A stretch of 46,065 nt of DNA from positions 1-46,065 of the forward strand of contig JBEKDF010000023.1 in the NCBI GenBank assembly GCA_050014495.1. Direction: 5' to 3'. Origin of the DNA: Candidatus Bathyarchaeia archaeon (lineage in GTDB: Archaea > Thermoproteota > Bathyarchaeia > TCS64). Position 1 is the stretch's first letter, and each line of letters opens with the position of its first letter. Below are positions 9,865 to 19,241 of this stretch, in pieces. The notes under the pieces were generated by a model. The model was not told the origin of the DNA, did not search any database, and saw nothing but the letters and a program-made list of their open reading frames with translations. The position numbers and the translations under genes were made by a program.

Positions 9865-10755
9865 ATGGAGGCACAGGAGGAGTACATAAGGGCCGGCAAG
9901 ATCGCCGCCAAGGTCCGGGAGCAGATAAGAAGCGAAGTGAAGCCCGGCGTCAAGGTCATCGACATCTGTGAACGTGTAGAGTCCCTGACAAAGCAGCTCG
10001 GTGGAGGCATCGCCTTCCCCTGCAACGTCGACATCAATCAGGTCGCCGCACACTACGTCTCACCAGTCGGGGACCAGACCACCATCCAGCAGGGCCAAAT
10101 GGTTAAAGTCGATATAGGCGTCCACATAGACGGTTACATAGCCGACACCGCGGTGACGATCTGCCTCGACCCAGCCTTCACCCAGATGGTTAAGGCGGCG
10201 GAGGAAGCATTGTCGGTTGCAATTAAAACAGTAAGAGCTGGCGCAAGGGCCTCCGACATAGGCGCAACAATAGAGCACACGATAAAGAACCGGGGTTTTC
10301 GTCCCATCAGGAACTTGACTGGCCACAAGCTTTCCCGCTACATAGTACATGCTGGGCGGAGCATCCCCAACGTCGCCGGGTACGAACTCCATAGGCTCGA
10401 GGAGGACGAGATCTATGCCATCGAGCCCTTCACGGTTCTAAACAATGCTGTTGGCGAAGTTAGGGATGGGCCGCCGAGCAATATCTACAGATTCGAGAGA
10501 AAGAAGAACCTCGATGGTATCCCAAAGCAGATGCTTGTCTTCATTCAGCAGGAGTATAGGACGCTACCGTTTGCCAGCAGGTGGGTACTCGAACGGTTCC
10601 CGGGTCAAGATGGTAAGCTTGCCTTCAATGACCTACTTAGTAGTCGTTGTATAATGAGCTACCCACAGCTTCTGGAGAAATCCGGTGGATTGGTCGCTCA
10701 AGCAGAACACACGGTGATAGTACAGAAGGCTGGTTGCCTGGTCACAACCAGCTAG
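9865..10755 (+). CDS. map: Type II methionine aminopeptidase
   Basis: AFPCN, AAHY, KVDIGVHIDGYIADTAVT, NLTGH, AIEPF, AQAEHTV. Confidence 0.95.
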   Translation: MEAQEEYIRAGKIAAKVREQIRSEVKPGVKVIDICERVESLTKQLGGGIAFPCNVDINQVAAHYVSPVGDQTTIQQGQMVKVDIGVHIDGYIADTAVTICLDPAFTQMVKAAEEALSVAIKTVRAGARASDIGATIEHTIKNRGFRPIRNLTGHKLSRYIVHAGRSIPNVAGYELHRLEEDEIYAIEPFTVLNNAVGEVRDGPPSNIYRFERKKNLDGIPKQMLVFIQQEYRTLPFASRWVLERFPGQDGKLAFNDLLSSRCIMSYPQLLEKSGGLVAQAEHTVIVQKAGCLVTTS

Positions 10756-11182
10756 ACTCGTCCTTCTTCTTCTCCTCTTCCTTCTTCCTTGTGATCTTCG
10801 TGATCATCATCATGCCATCGCATCTGGTGCATGGCTCATCGTCCTTGAAGATGAAGTCGCCACGCTTGAAGTCACGTACCCTCTTCTGCTGGCACTTGGG
10901 GCACTCCAGGGTCGTGTAGACCTCCACTTTCTTCACCTCGAGGGGATCAGATTTCGCCGCTGCTGGTCTACCCCTGAAGAACATGTATCCTATAGCTGCG
11001 AAACCGGCGGCGCCGATGAACATGTAGATGATGGCGACGTCGGTGTTGTCGGGGTAGTTGATGAAGCCCATATAGAGGCTGAAGAGGCTGAGGATACCGA
11101 CTATGAGGATCGCTACATACGCGACCCACGATACTGACATCCCCGCCGCGGTAGTGCCGTTACTTGGTTTTTCACTCATCAC
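10742..11182 (-). CDS. Membrane protein with C-terminal zinc ribbon
   Basis: Two hydrophobic helices, then CPKC...RDFKRGDFIF...CTRC; 4-nt overlap with the upstream DUF1512 gene. Confidence 0.75.
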   Translation of the reverse strand: MMSEKPSNGTTAAGMSVSWVAYVAILIVGILSLFSLYMGFINYPDNTDVAIIYMFIGAAGFAAIGYMFFRGRPAAAKSDPLEVKKVEVYTTLECPKCQQKRVRDFKRGDFIFKDDEPCTRCDGMMMITKITRKKEEEKKKDESSWL

Positions 11183-12303
11183 TGACCAACTCCTATGGTG
11201 TTGCCGATCCCGGCGACCACGACGACGTCTCCTGGTTCGGTATAATCCATGACTATGCGTTTAACCGACTCGACTCCTTTGTCGGTCGCATCGAATAGCG
11301 GCTCGATGAGAGGTGCGACGACGTGCTCCATTCCCTCTTTTATGGCGATCGCGTGCATGGGGATTTTGTACTTGTTCGACACCTCCTCCATCTTGAATTT
11401 CTCCTTCCCCGAACCACCTATGGCAGCACCTATACCTTCGGAGACTTGGCCGACGGGTTCTCCTTCGAGCTTTCCCGCGGCGTCGATCATGATAATTATC
11501 TTGGCCTTCCCTTGGTGCTCTTCGAGGATGTTGATGAGCCCCTCATCGGGGTTCCCGACGCTGCCTCCTGGGCCCTTAGCCTTGAAGACAACCAGTGTTC
11601 TCCCCTCATAGGGGACATCAGCGGCAACGATCTCCTCGGCAACGTCTCTCTGTGGGTAGCCATGCATAAGTTTCCCAGCGACGATGGCTCCTACGCCGTC
11701 TCCGATTGGCATACCCTCCTGGAACGCTTGTATTCCGGAGCTGTAGGCCTCCACCATCTGCACGAGCTGAGGCAGGATCATGTGAACCTGCATGATGACG
11801 TAGATGTTCATCGTCTTCTTACCTAGGAGGTAGAAGTGACGGATGATCTTGTAGTAGATGTTGAGGGCTTGACTCACCTCTATGAGATTCTCCAAGTTGC
11901 TTCTCTCGGTGGGTGTCGCATTGGGGGCGAGGGTCTTCACCTCCGCCTCATAGATGTGCTTATTCGTCTTTAGGAAGTGGTCCATTTTATCCACTATTCC
12001 CGCGGGGTCCATACTCTCTAAGCCGATGCTGAAGAAGTCGATGAAGCGGTCGACACGGGGTGCTATGTCTCCCGTTGGTTTCCCAATCTCTACGAGCGTC
12101 TTTAGAGTCTGGTTCCTAGCGTTCTCCTTGACTGTCTTTACCTTCCTCAATGTTACCTCTATCTGTCTAAGCATCTGGAGTGTCTGAATCCTCTGAGCGT
12201 AGAAGAGGTAGATGATGAAGGCGAAGCTATATACCATCTGCAGAACCGTGTTCCAATCAGTCGTCGTTGTCGTCTGAAGGATCTGCCCGAATAAGAACAC
12301 CAT
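11179..12303 (-). CDS. DUF1512 family protein
   Basis: N-terminal TM helix, MDPAGIV, YKIIRHFYLLGKK, PIGDGVG, KAKGPGGSVG, IMIDAAGKLEGE, GIGNTIGVGQ. Confidence 0.88.
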   Translation of the reverse strand: MVFLFGQILQTTTTTDWNTVLQMVYSFAFIIYLFYAQRIQTLQMLRQIEVTLRKVKTVKENARNQTLKTLVEIGKPTGDIAPRVDRFIDFFSIGLESMDPAGIVDKMDHFLKTNKHIYEAEVKTLAPNATPTERSNLENLIEVSQALNIYYKIIRHFYLLGKKTMNIYVIMQVHMILPQLVQMVEAYSSGIQAFQEGMPIGDGVGAIVAGKLMHGYPQRDVAEEIVAADVPYEGRTLVVFKAKGPGGSVGNPDEGLINILEEHQGKAKIIIMIDAAGKLEGEPVGQVSEGIGAAIGGSGKEKFKMEEVSNKYKIPMHAIAIKEGMEHVVAPLIEPLFDATDKGVESVKRIVMDYTEPGDVVVVAGIGNTIGVGQ

Positions 12304-12452
12304 ACCGATCAGTGCTTTTGAAGACTAGCATAGAGTTATAAACCTTAGTCTAAGCGGATTTCCTTAAAAAATGGCGGTTAATTACATCATGGAACGATTA
12401 CGGCGAGATTCTGCAAAAGTCTTTTAGGCGCTTCATTCATCGGTTTTGAGGG

Positions 12453-15287
12453 ATGTTCAGTTACGCGTCTAAGAGGATAACCCGTGGAAGGGGTCTAACT
12501 TTAGCCCTGTTCCTCAGCGTGGTGTTAGCCGCGACTCTCTTCTCAGGTATCCTCCAAGGCGCGGATGCGGTCGGCGGCTCTGCCCTCGATAACATGCTGA
12601 AGAACACAAAGTTCGACTTGATCTCGACCAACATCTATGAGAAAAATACGACGAAGGTTAACATCTACAATATTGATGGCTATTTCAAGACCCTCAGCGG
12701 CGTCGATGATGTTGATCACTTCATAAGAGAAGCGGTTGAGCTCAACTCAACGACAGTAAACGGGACCATATCTGTAACTCTGATAGCTTTACCGACGAAT
12801 GGCACTATTGCGAAGGGAGTGAGTGCACCCAACGGACTAGTGGATGGTAAAATCTACATTGATCTTGGTTCTGTGAATGCGACGAAGTTCACGACGGGTT
12901 CAACGGTAGACCTTGGTCTCCTCACATACAATCCTCTTAGCGCGATTGCCGGCTTCAAGAGGCTATACTTCCCGTTAGAGGTCGGTTCGGTGGCTATGGA
13001 TGACCAGACTTGGTCGATGTTTATCGCGAGTCAAGCCGGGGAATCATATTACAACAAGTGGGTCAGCCTCGCCCTCGGAGGTTACGACACATTCGGAGGC
13101 AGACCCCAGTATAACCTCGCGATAGTCACAGAGAATACCTACAAGCAGATCGTTGACAGCCTCTACAGAATGACTCCCGTTCGAGCTCCCACTGTTATAC
13201 ACAGCGTAGTGGCGATAAGGTTCGATAGATCCACCCTGATTAATGAGTGGGACATAACGGGCTCCGAGACACGAGTTCACAACATCGATGAGCAGATCAA
13301 TGGAATGGGTGGAGTCTATCAGTATATTCCGATTAACTACTTAGAATCAGCCATAACGGATATTGCCACAACTGCTGCTAAGACGAAGTTGAACACGATC
13401 ATTGTGACTATACCCGTCTTCTTCACTGCGTGGTATCTCGGCATGACTGTGTCGGATGTCGCACTGTCCCTCAGGAGGAAGGAGATAGGTTTACTATTAA
13501 CTCGTGGGATGAGTTATCGCCAAGTATTCACGATGCTGCTGTCTGAATCCCTACTCATTGGTGTGGCTTCTGGTATACTGGGTATCGTGATCGGTGCTCT
13601 TATTATGCCACTCATCGTGAGTAGGGCTAGTTTTGCATTACTCTTCAGGTATGTCTCACCAATCACTCTCGTTGCCACCATCGCGTTCAGCCTTTCCCTA
13701 TCCATTCTCTCCGCCTATAACCCCGCGAGGAAGGCGACGAAGATGGAAATAGTCGATGCACTTAGGGAGTATCGTGAGGAGGAGGAGAGCCTCGGGGAGT
13801 GGGCCGTCCCAGCGATTGCGCTGGTTCTCGGCCTCTACAAGTTAGCCATGCTCCTATTGAACGTTAACATCAACGCCTATGCGCCGTCGTCGGGGGATTT
13901 CATCACCTTCCTCCTATACTCTGTCTGGTATGGGATGGACTCGATTCTCGGTTACATATGGACAATTGTGCTATTCTGGGGTTTCACTAAGCTATTCTTA
14001 ATGTATGCACCCCAGTTCCAGAGTGTACTCGCAAGCGTGGCGTCGAAAATTACAGGTGACGCTGCAAGGTTTACGAGTCTGAGTAGTAAGAGGAGCCTAA
14101 AGAGGGCTGGCGCATACACTTTCATGACGGCCCTGATAATCAGCTATAGTTTCGTAGTAATAGGCAATGGTGCAATCACAAACGATTACACGGGCAGATA
14201 TCTGGCAGCTCAGCAGGGTGCAGATGCAGTTGCTCTACTCTATATCCCCAATAATGGAGGAATCTATGATAAGAGCGCTGTAACAAGCATTGCGCAACAG
14301 ATAAGAAGCATCAATGGCGTTGAGTCTGCGGCGATCGAACTATCTTTCAACGCTGATACTAGCGCGGGTACAATACAGGTCAGAGCGATTGAGGCTGATC
14401 AGTGGATAAAGACTGCCTACACCGATGATCTATTCATAAGTAACAGTTCATATGCCCAACTTAACTCTACGGGCAGCGTATTCCGTAACCAATACGGCAT
14501 CCTACAGGGGGCGAATGCTCTGTTGGACAAGGGAGGCGCTGATTTCTTTGGTCTACGAGCCGACGGAACTGGGAACCTGAACCTCGATGTGCAGAGACAC
14601 GTATACTCTCTTAGAATAGTCGGCGTCTTCGGTAGAGATCTGGGCGCGAACTGGGTGCCCCAGACCCTACCGAATATGGTATACGTTCCACTAGGGTTCG
14701 CGGACAGGTGGGACCCCGCTTGGCTAAGCGGTATAAGAATACTGATTAAACTGGCACCAGGTGCTGACGGCCAAGCCATTGCGAACCAGATCCAGACAAT
14801 TTCACCGAACATACAAAGAGTTGACATAACCAGTAACGTCGTGGAGAAGGCGCAGTCCACTCCACTGCTAGCTGGCTCCCAGCAGGTCAACCAACTCGGA
14901 GTAATCTTCGCATCCGGTGTATCCTCGATCGGAATTGCGTTGATAGTCTACACGCTTCTACGAAGCAGATCCAAAGAACTGAACCTCATGTCAATTAGGG
15001 GGTACAGCTCCAGCCAGCTGGCTATCAGCCTAATTGTGGAGAACGTTGGATTAGCTACGCTTGCAACAATACTTGGGATAGGCAGTGGTATGGTTAATCT
15101 GTTGGGGCAAGTGCAGCTGTTCAACCAGTATATCCTTACCTATACGGCTTGGAGATATGTGTTCCCAGCGATGTCCCAGCTACAGCTAGGCATATTATAC
15201 CTCGTCATTGTGGCAGCGACAGCAATCCCAATAATCATCGTAGTCAGGGGGATCACGAACAAGCCTAACGTCAAGGGTGTGGAATGA
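12453..15287 (+). CDS. ABC transporter permease, FtsX/MacB-like (two permease repeats)
   Basis: RRKEIGLLLTRG and RSKELNLMSIRG FtsX motifs, PARKA, two large extracytoplasmic domains. Confidence 0.85.
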   Translation: MFSYASKRITRGRGLTLALFLSVVLAATLFSGILQGADAVGGSALDNMLKNTKFDLISTNIYEKNTTKVNIYNIDGYFKTLSGVDDVDHFIREAVELNSTTVNGTISVTLIALPTNGTIAKGVSAPNGLVDGKIYIDLGSVNATKFTTGSTVDLGLLTYNPLSAIAGFKRLYFPLEVGSVAMDDQTWSMFIASQAGESYYNKWVSLALGGYDTFGGRPQYNLAIVTENTYKQIVDSLYRMTPVRAPTVIHSVVAIRFDRSTLINEWDITGSETRVHNIDEQINGMGGVYQYIPINYLESAITDIATTAAKTKLNTIIVTIPVFFTAWYLGMTVSDVALSLRRKEIGLLLTRGMSYRQVFTMLLSESLLIGVASGILGIVIGALIMPLIVSRASFALLFRYVSPITLVATIAFSLSLSILSAYNPARKATKMEIVDALREYREEEESLGEWAVPAIALVLGLYKLAMLLLNVNINAYAPSSGDFITFLLYSVWYGMDSILGYIWTIVLFWGFTKLFLMYAPQFQSVLASVASKITGDAARFTSLSSKRSLKRAGAYTFMTALIISYSFVVIGNGAITNDYTGRYLAAQQGADAVALLYIPNNGGIYDKSAVTSIAQQIRSINGVESAAIELSFNADTSAGTIQVRAIEADQWIKTAYTDDLFISNSSYAQLNSTGSVFRNQYGILQGANALLDKGGADFFGLRADGTGNLNLDVQRHVYSLRIVGVFGRDLGANWVPQTLPNMVYVPLGFADRWDPAWLSGIRILIKLAPGADGQAIANQIQTISPNIQRVDITSNVVEKAQSTPLLAGSQQVNQLGVIFASGVSSIGIALIVYTLLRSRSKELNLMSIRGYSSSQLAISLIVENVGLATLATILGIGSGMVNLLGQVQLFNQYILTYTAWRYVFPAMSQLQLGILYLVIVAATAIPIIIVVRGITNKPNVKGVE

Positions 15288-16180
15288 TGAGCGAATACGC
15301 AGTTGAAGCAAGGAACCTGATAAAAGTCTACAAGACTGGCGAGCTGGAGGTGCAGGCACTCAGGGGTCTAAGCGTTACAGTTACGAACGGTGAGATGGTG
15401 GCGCTTATAGGCCCATCCGGGTCGGGAAAAAGCACGTTCCTGAACATAATAGGCGGCCTCGATAGGGCTACGGCGGGTTACATCAGTGTCATGGGCTCCG
15501 AGCTCACCCAGTTGAATGCCTCCCAACTCGTCGAGTTCAGGAGGAAGACTGTTGGACACGTGTTCCAGAATATGAACCTAATTCCTACTCTGACCGCAGC
15601 TGAGAACGTTGAGCTCCCCATGGCAGCGCTTGGGGTAAAGAGGGATGTCCGACGTGAGAGAGTCGAGGAATTGATTGGCGTGGTTGGCCTCCAGGAGAGG
15701 ATGAATCATAAACCCGGCGAGCTCAGTGGAGGAGAACAGCAGCGAATCGCGTTAGCCGCCGCTCTTGCCAATAACCCGCCACTCATCTTAGCCGATGAGC
15801 CGACCGGTGAACTTGACACGGAGAATGCTATGATCGTCGTAAACTACCTCGCCAAGGTCAACAAGGAGCTCGGGAAGACGATAATAATGGTCACTCACGA
15901 TCCACGTGTTGCTCGTGCGGCGAGCAGGATACTCAGGATACAGGATGGCGTTATAGCGACGGATGTTGCACCCAGTGAGGAGGCTGCCCCAACGCAGGCG
16001 AGTTACACGGATATGCTTAAGGCTCGGCTTACCAGCATCGATGGGCAGCTGGCTAACCTAGACGCTGAGTTCAGGAAGGGTCTAGTCTCCAGCGATGAGT
16101 TTGTGGAGAGGCAGACTAACCTCAAGAAGACACGCGATGTCCTCGGGGATGAGCTTCACCGACTAGGCGTGGTTCATTAA
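15284..16180 (+). CDS. ABC transporter ATP-binding protein (LolD/MacB type)
   Basis: GPSGSGKS Walker A, LSGGEQQR signature, ILADEPTGELD, MVTHD. Confidence 0.95.
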   Translation: MMSEYAVEARNLIKVYKTGELEVQALRGLSVTVTNGEMVALIGPSGSGKSTFLNIIGGLDRATAGYISVMGSELTQLNASQLVEFRRKTVGHVFQNMNLIPTLTAAENVELPMAALGVKRDVRRERVEELIGVVGLQERMNHKPGELSGGEQQRIALAAALANNPPLILADEPTGELDTENAMIVVNYLAKVNKELGKTIIMVTHDPRVARAASRILRIQDGVIATDVAPSEEAAPTQASYTDMLKARLTSIDGQLANLDAEFRKGLVSSDEFVERQTNLKKTRDVLGDELHRLGVVH

Positions 16181-16187
16181 ACAATAG

Positions 16188-16199
16188 TTTCTTTTTTTT
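16188..16199 (+). terminator. T-rich archaeal terminator-like tract after the ABC operon
   Basis: TTTCTTTTTTTT immediately after the stop codon at 16180. Confidence 0.45.
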
Positions 16200-16212
16200 A
16201 ATTAGAAGAGGT

Positions 16213-16334
16213 GGGCCACCAGCTTCGTGGTTTCGCGTAGCCGAAGACAACACTACAGCCACGAACGTAGCGTGGTTTAACTTCCGAGTTCGGAATGGGT
16301 TCGGGTGGTTCCCACGCCCTATGACCGGTAACCC
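16213..16334 (-). rRNA. rrf: 5S ribosomal RNA (stand-alone)
   Basis: Reverse complement reads GGGTTACCGGTCATAGGGCGTGGGAACCACCCGAACCCATTCCGAACTCGGAAGTTAAACCACGC...GCTGGTGGCCC, with the conserved CCCATTCCGAAC/GAAGTTAA core and paired ends; 122 nt. Confidence 0.95.
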
Positions 16335-16352
16335 AAAGCAATGGGCTTGGGT

Positions 16353-16370
16353 GTTTATTTTAAACCTTTT
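16353..16370 (-). promoter_or_regulatory. BRE/TATA promoter of 5S rRNA
   Basis: Minus strand AAAAGGTTTAAAATAAAC, about 20-35 nt upstream of the 5S 5' end. Confidence 0.55.
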
Positions 16371-16566
16371 GGTGGCCTCCTATTCTATCTGAAAAGCGAT
16401 AAGCCAAGGTGATTTTAATATTCTAATTAAATTCTAATGGTATCCCAATCTCTATCGATAGCTTTGGCGTGGATGTTTTGGCAAATCTTCCCAAGATGCG
16501 ATAGTGTTATACTTTGAGTGGTCCCGGCAATCCTTATTAAGTAAAACCCAATATGCGATTTGCACG

Positions 16567-16700
16567 GGGGTCGTGGTCTAGACAGGTATGACGTTGGGCT
16601 CCAGAAATCCATGAAGGACTTTGACTGACCCGAGAGGGGATGACGAGTTTTTGGAGCAGAAACCCAAATGCCGGGGGTTCAAATCCTCCCGACCCCACCA
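16567..16700 (+). tRNA. trnW: tRNA-Trp (CCA) with about 57-nt intron at 37/38 (16605-16661)
   Basis: Acceptor stem GGGGTCG/CGACCCC plus encoded ACCA; anticodon stem TTGGG/CCCAA; CCA anticodon at 16601-16603; T-loop GTTCAAATC; TATA-like TTATTAAG at about 16533. Confidence 0.92.
16605..16661 (+). ncRNA. Putative intron-encoded box C/D guide RNA
   Basis: ATGAAGG (C-like), CTGA (D'), CCC-GAGA-GGG hairpin, ATGACGA (C'), CAGA (D-like); TTTGGAG is antisense to the tRNA anticodon loop. Archaeal pre-tRNA-Trp introns are known to be C/D guides. Confidence 0.6.
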
Positions 16701-16814
16701 AATCTGATCGTTAAGATAAGCGCACGAGATTTTCCGTAGACATAAGGCTCACTTTCTTCGACTCATATCACACGCGCCCACAAAGTCGATGAATCAGACC
16801 AGGATTGTTTGTAA

Positions 16815-17729
16815 CTAGAGGGGATGTTTTCTATAATGGGATATGACACGGGCTATGCCCTCACTTAACTCCACATTAATGCCCTCAAACATCCTCCTCA
16901 TCTTGCCAGTATCCGCTAACGTGTCTTGCACATAGTTAGGGATGTCCATGTCCCTGTAAATGGGTTTAATACTCTTGCCGAGGGCCTTGTTTATCTCCAG
17001 CACAAGCTCGTTGAGAGAGTAGTTTTTCCCCGTGCCAACGTTCACTAGGTCACAGATAGGATTATCCGAGGCGATCTTCATGGCCTTGACGAAGCAGTCA
17101 ACTACATCCGATTGGTAAACGAAGTCCCTGCGCTGCTCACCATCGAAGTAGATCTCGGGTCTCTCATCCCTCATCATGGCCCATATAAATTGGCTGACGA
17201 GGTTAGCGTACTTCCCTTTGTACCACTCGTTCTCACCATAGACAGAGAACAGTCTAAGGCCGACGGAGTTCACCCCCTTCAGGTTGAAGTACAGCCTGGA
17301 CAGCCTCTCCGCTGCGTATCTCGCCTCGGTGTAATAGTCCGTGACGTGTATCGGCATATCCTCTCTCCAGGGAGTCGGGTTACCGTTATAGATGCTGGAT
17401 GTGGTGGCGTAGATCATCGGTATTTCCTCCTTGGCCGCGTACTCCAGGATCTTAATCATGTCCCTTGTGACATCCGCGACTAGAATCGGGTCTTGACGAT
17501 ACATCGGTGAGGAGGAGGGGAAGCCGAGGTGGAAGACTCCGTCGAAGCCGGAGCCCGGTATGGCCTCGATGTTGGGGGCGTAGTCCACCTTTTGAAGGAA
17601 GGTGGCTAGGTTCCTTATGTTTCCTGATCTCATGTTGTCTACGATTAGGACCCTGTGTTCATCTTGAAGCAATCTCTCCACGAGGTGGCTGCCGATGAAG
17701 CCTGCGCCTCCGGTGACGATATATTTCAT
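16815..17729 (-). CDS. NAD-dependent nucleotide-sugar epimerase/dehydratase (extended SDR)
   Basis: MKYIVTGGAGFIGSHL, TTSSIY, YTEAR (YxxxK with Arg), LRLFSVYG, RDFVY, NVGTG. ATG 17729 is preceded by a GGAGG ribosome-binding site. Confidence 0.9.
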   Translation of the reverse strand: MKYIVTGGAGFIGSHLVERLLQDEHRVLIVDNMRSGNIRNLATFLQKVDYAPNIEAIPGSGFDGVFHLGFPSSSPMYRQDPILVADVTRDMIKILEYAAKEEIPMIYATTSSIYNGNPTPWREDMPIHVTDYYTEARYAAERLSRLYFNLKGVNSVGLRLFSVYGENEWYKGKYANLVSQFIWAMMRDERPEIYFDGEQRRDFVYQSDVVDCFVKAMKIASDNPICDLVNVGTGKNYSLNELVLEINKALGKSIKPIYRDMDIPNYVQDTLADTGKMRRMFEGINVELSEGIARVISHYRKHPL

Positions 17730-17950
17730 CGAGTTACCTCCTGGTTTACTATCGAATCTCTCTGATTTAACCAGAGCTGAGTTAACTAAAGAAATAAGCG
17801 CACGCATAATGTTCAATGCGCGCGGACTCCCCCAAATCTAACTATTAAATCACTATTTTTTCTTCAGTGAGCGGCCCTGAATTACTCCTTCAGAGGGATA
17901 TTTTTGTAAAAAGTTAAAAGACTACCTCATCGCGGTTACCATGAGACGGG

Positions 17951-19201
17951 ATGGCCTTCGGCGAGCACACGTCAAAATCCATAACTGGATCAAAATCCAA
18001 TGAGCTCCGGGGAAAGCGAATAGTTCTCTGCGTGACTGGCAGCGTCGCGGCGATCAGAAGCCCAGACATCGCGAGGGAGTTGATGAGGCTCGGAGCAGAT
18101 GTCTACGTCGTGATGACGAGGATGGCGGAACATGTCGTCCACCCCGACTTGCTCGAGTGGTCCACGGGTAACCCCGTTGTCACGGAGCTTACTGGGAAGA
18201 TAGAGCACGTCCAGTATGGCGGAGAGCATGACAGGCACGCGGACCTGATCTTGGTGGCACCATCTACAGCCAATACAATAGGTAAAGTGGCAGCCGGCAT
18301 AGATGACACCCCCGTGACAACGCTCCTCACAACGGCCATCGGTGCGGGGATACCCGTTATCATCGCCCCCGCGATGCATGCCAGCATGTATAAGCACCCC
18401 ATTGTTAACGAGAACATCGAGAAGCTGAGGAGGATTGGGGTAGAGGTACTGATGCCCCGATTCGAGGAAGGTAAGGCGAAGATACCCGACACTGCGGAAA
18501 TAGTCGAGGCGGTGAGGAGGAAGCTTACACGTGAAAAGGACTTGGCCGGAAGGCGTGTCCTTATCACCGCAGGGCCAACAAGAGCCTACATAGACGCTTT
18601 CAGGTACATTTCGAATCCTAGTTCTGGGAAGATAGGGGTCGCAATAGCCGAGGATGCTCTGGAGAGAGGAGCGGAAGTCACACTCGTGTATGGACCCGCA
18701 ACGGCTCCCCCGCCGGCCGGCGCGAAGATTGTCAACGTTGAGACGACCGAAGAGATGTTACACGCCGTGGTGGGGGAGCTCAAGGCTAAGAAATATGATG
18801 TCGCCATCCTCTCGGCTGCGGCCTCAGACTGGGGGCCAACTGACAGGAAGATGGAGAAGGTTCCCTCTGATCAGGGTGAGTGGGTTCTCCGCCTGAAGGC
18901 CCTTCCAAAGGTCATCGCCCAGGTTAAGAAGGCGGACCCCAAGGTCCTCCTCGTGGGATTCAAGGCCGAGTATAAAATCAGCGAGGAGGAGTTGATCGAG
19001 AGGAGCTATAAGAGGCTCCGGGAGATGAAGATGGACCTCATAGTAGCAAATGATGTTTCGAAGGAGGACAGGGGCTTCAACGTTGACACGAACGAGGTCT
19101 TCATAATTGACCCGAAGGGGGATGTCCTTCACATATCCCTGACGACTAAGAAGGAGGTAGCTTCGAAGCTCCTCGACAAGGTCAAGTCCCAGCTAGGTTA
19201 A
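17951..19201 (+). CDS. coaBC: Bifunctional phosphopantothenoylcysteine decarboxylase / phosphopantothenate-cysteine ligase
   Basis: VTGSVAA, APSTANTIGK, PAMH..MY, LITAGPT, RYISNPSSGKIG, VGFKAE, LIVANDV. Confidence 0.95.
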   Translation: MAFGEHTSKSITGSKSNELRGKRIVLCVTGSVAAIRSPDIARELMRLGADVYVVMTRMAEHVVHPDLLEWSTGNPVVTELTGKIEHVQYGGEHDRHADLILVAPSTANTIGKVAAGIDDTPVTTLLTTAIGAGIPVIIAPAMHASMYKHPIVNENIEKLRRIGVEVLMPRFEEGKAKIPDTAEIVEAVRRKLTREKDLAGRRVLITAGPTRAYIDAFRYISNPSSGKIGVAIAEDALERGAEVTLVYGPATAPPPAGAKIVNVETTEEMLHAVVGELKAKKYDVAILSAAASDWGPTDRKMEKVPSDQGEWVLRLKALPKVIAQVKKADPKVLLVGFKAEYKISEEELIERSYKRLREMKMDLIVANDVSKEDRGFNVDTNEVFIIDPKGDVLHISLTTKKEVASKLLDKVKSQLG

Positions 19202-19241
19202 TGGTAACTTAACTGGTGATGGAGCGGCAGGTTGAGACGCT

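Noticed and set aside
16427..16612. 61-aa minus-strand ORF
   Set aside because: Overlaps tRNA-Trp and its promoter; no protein features.
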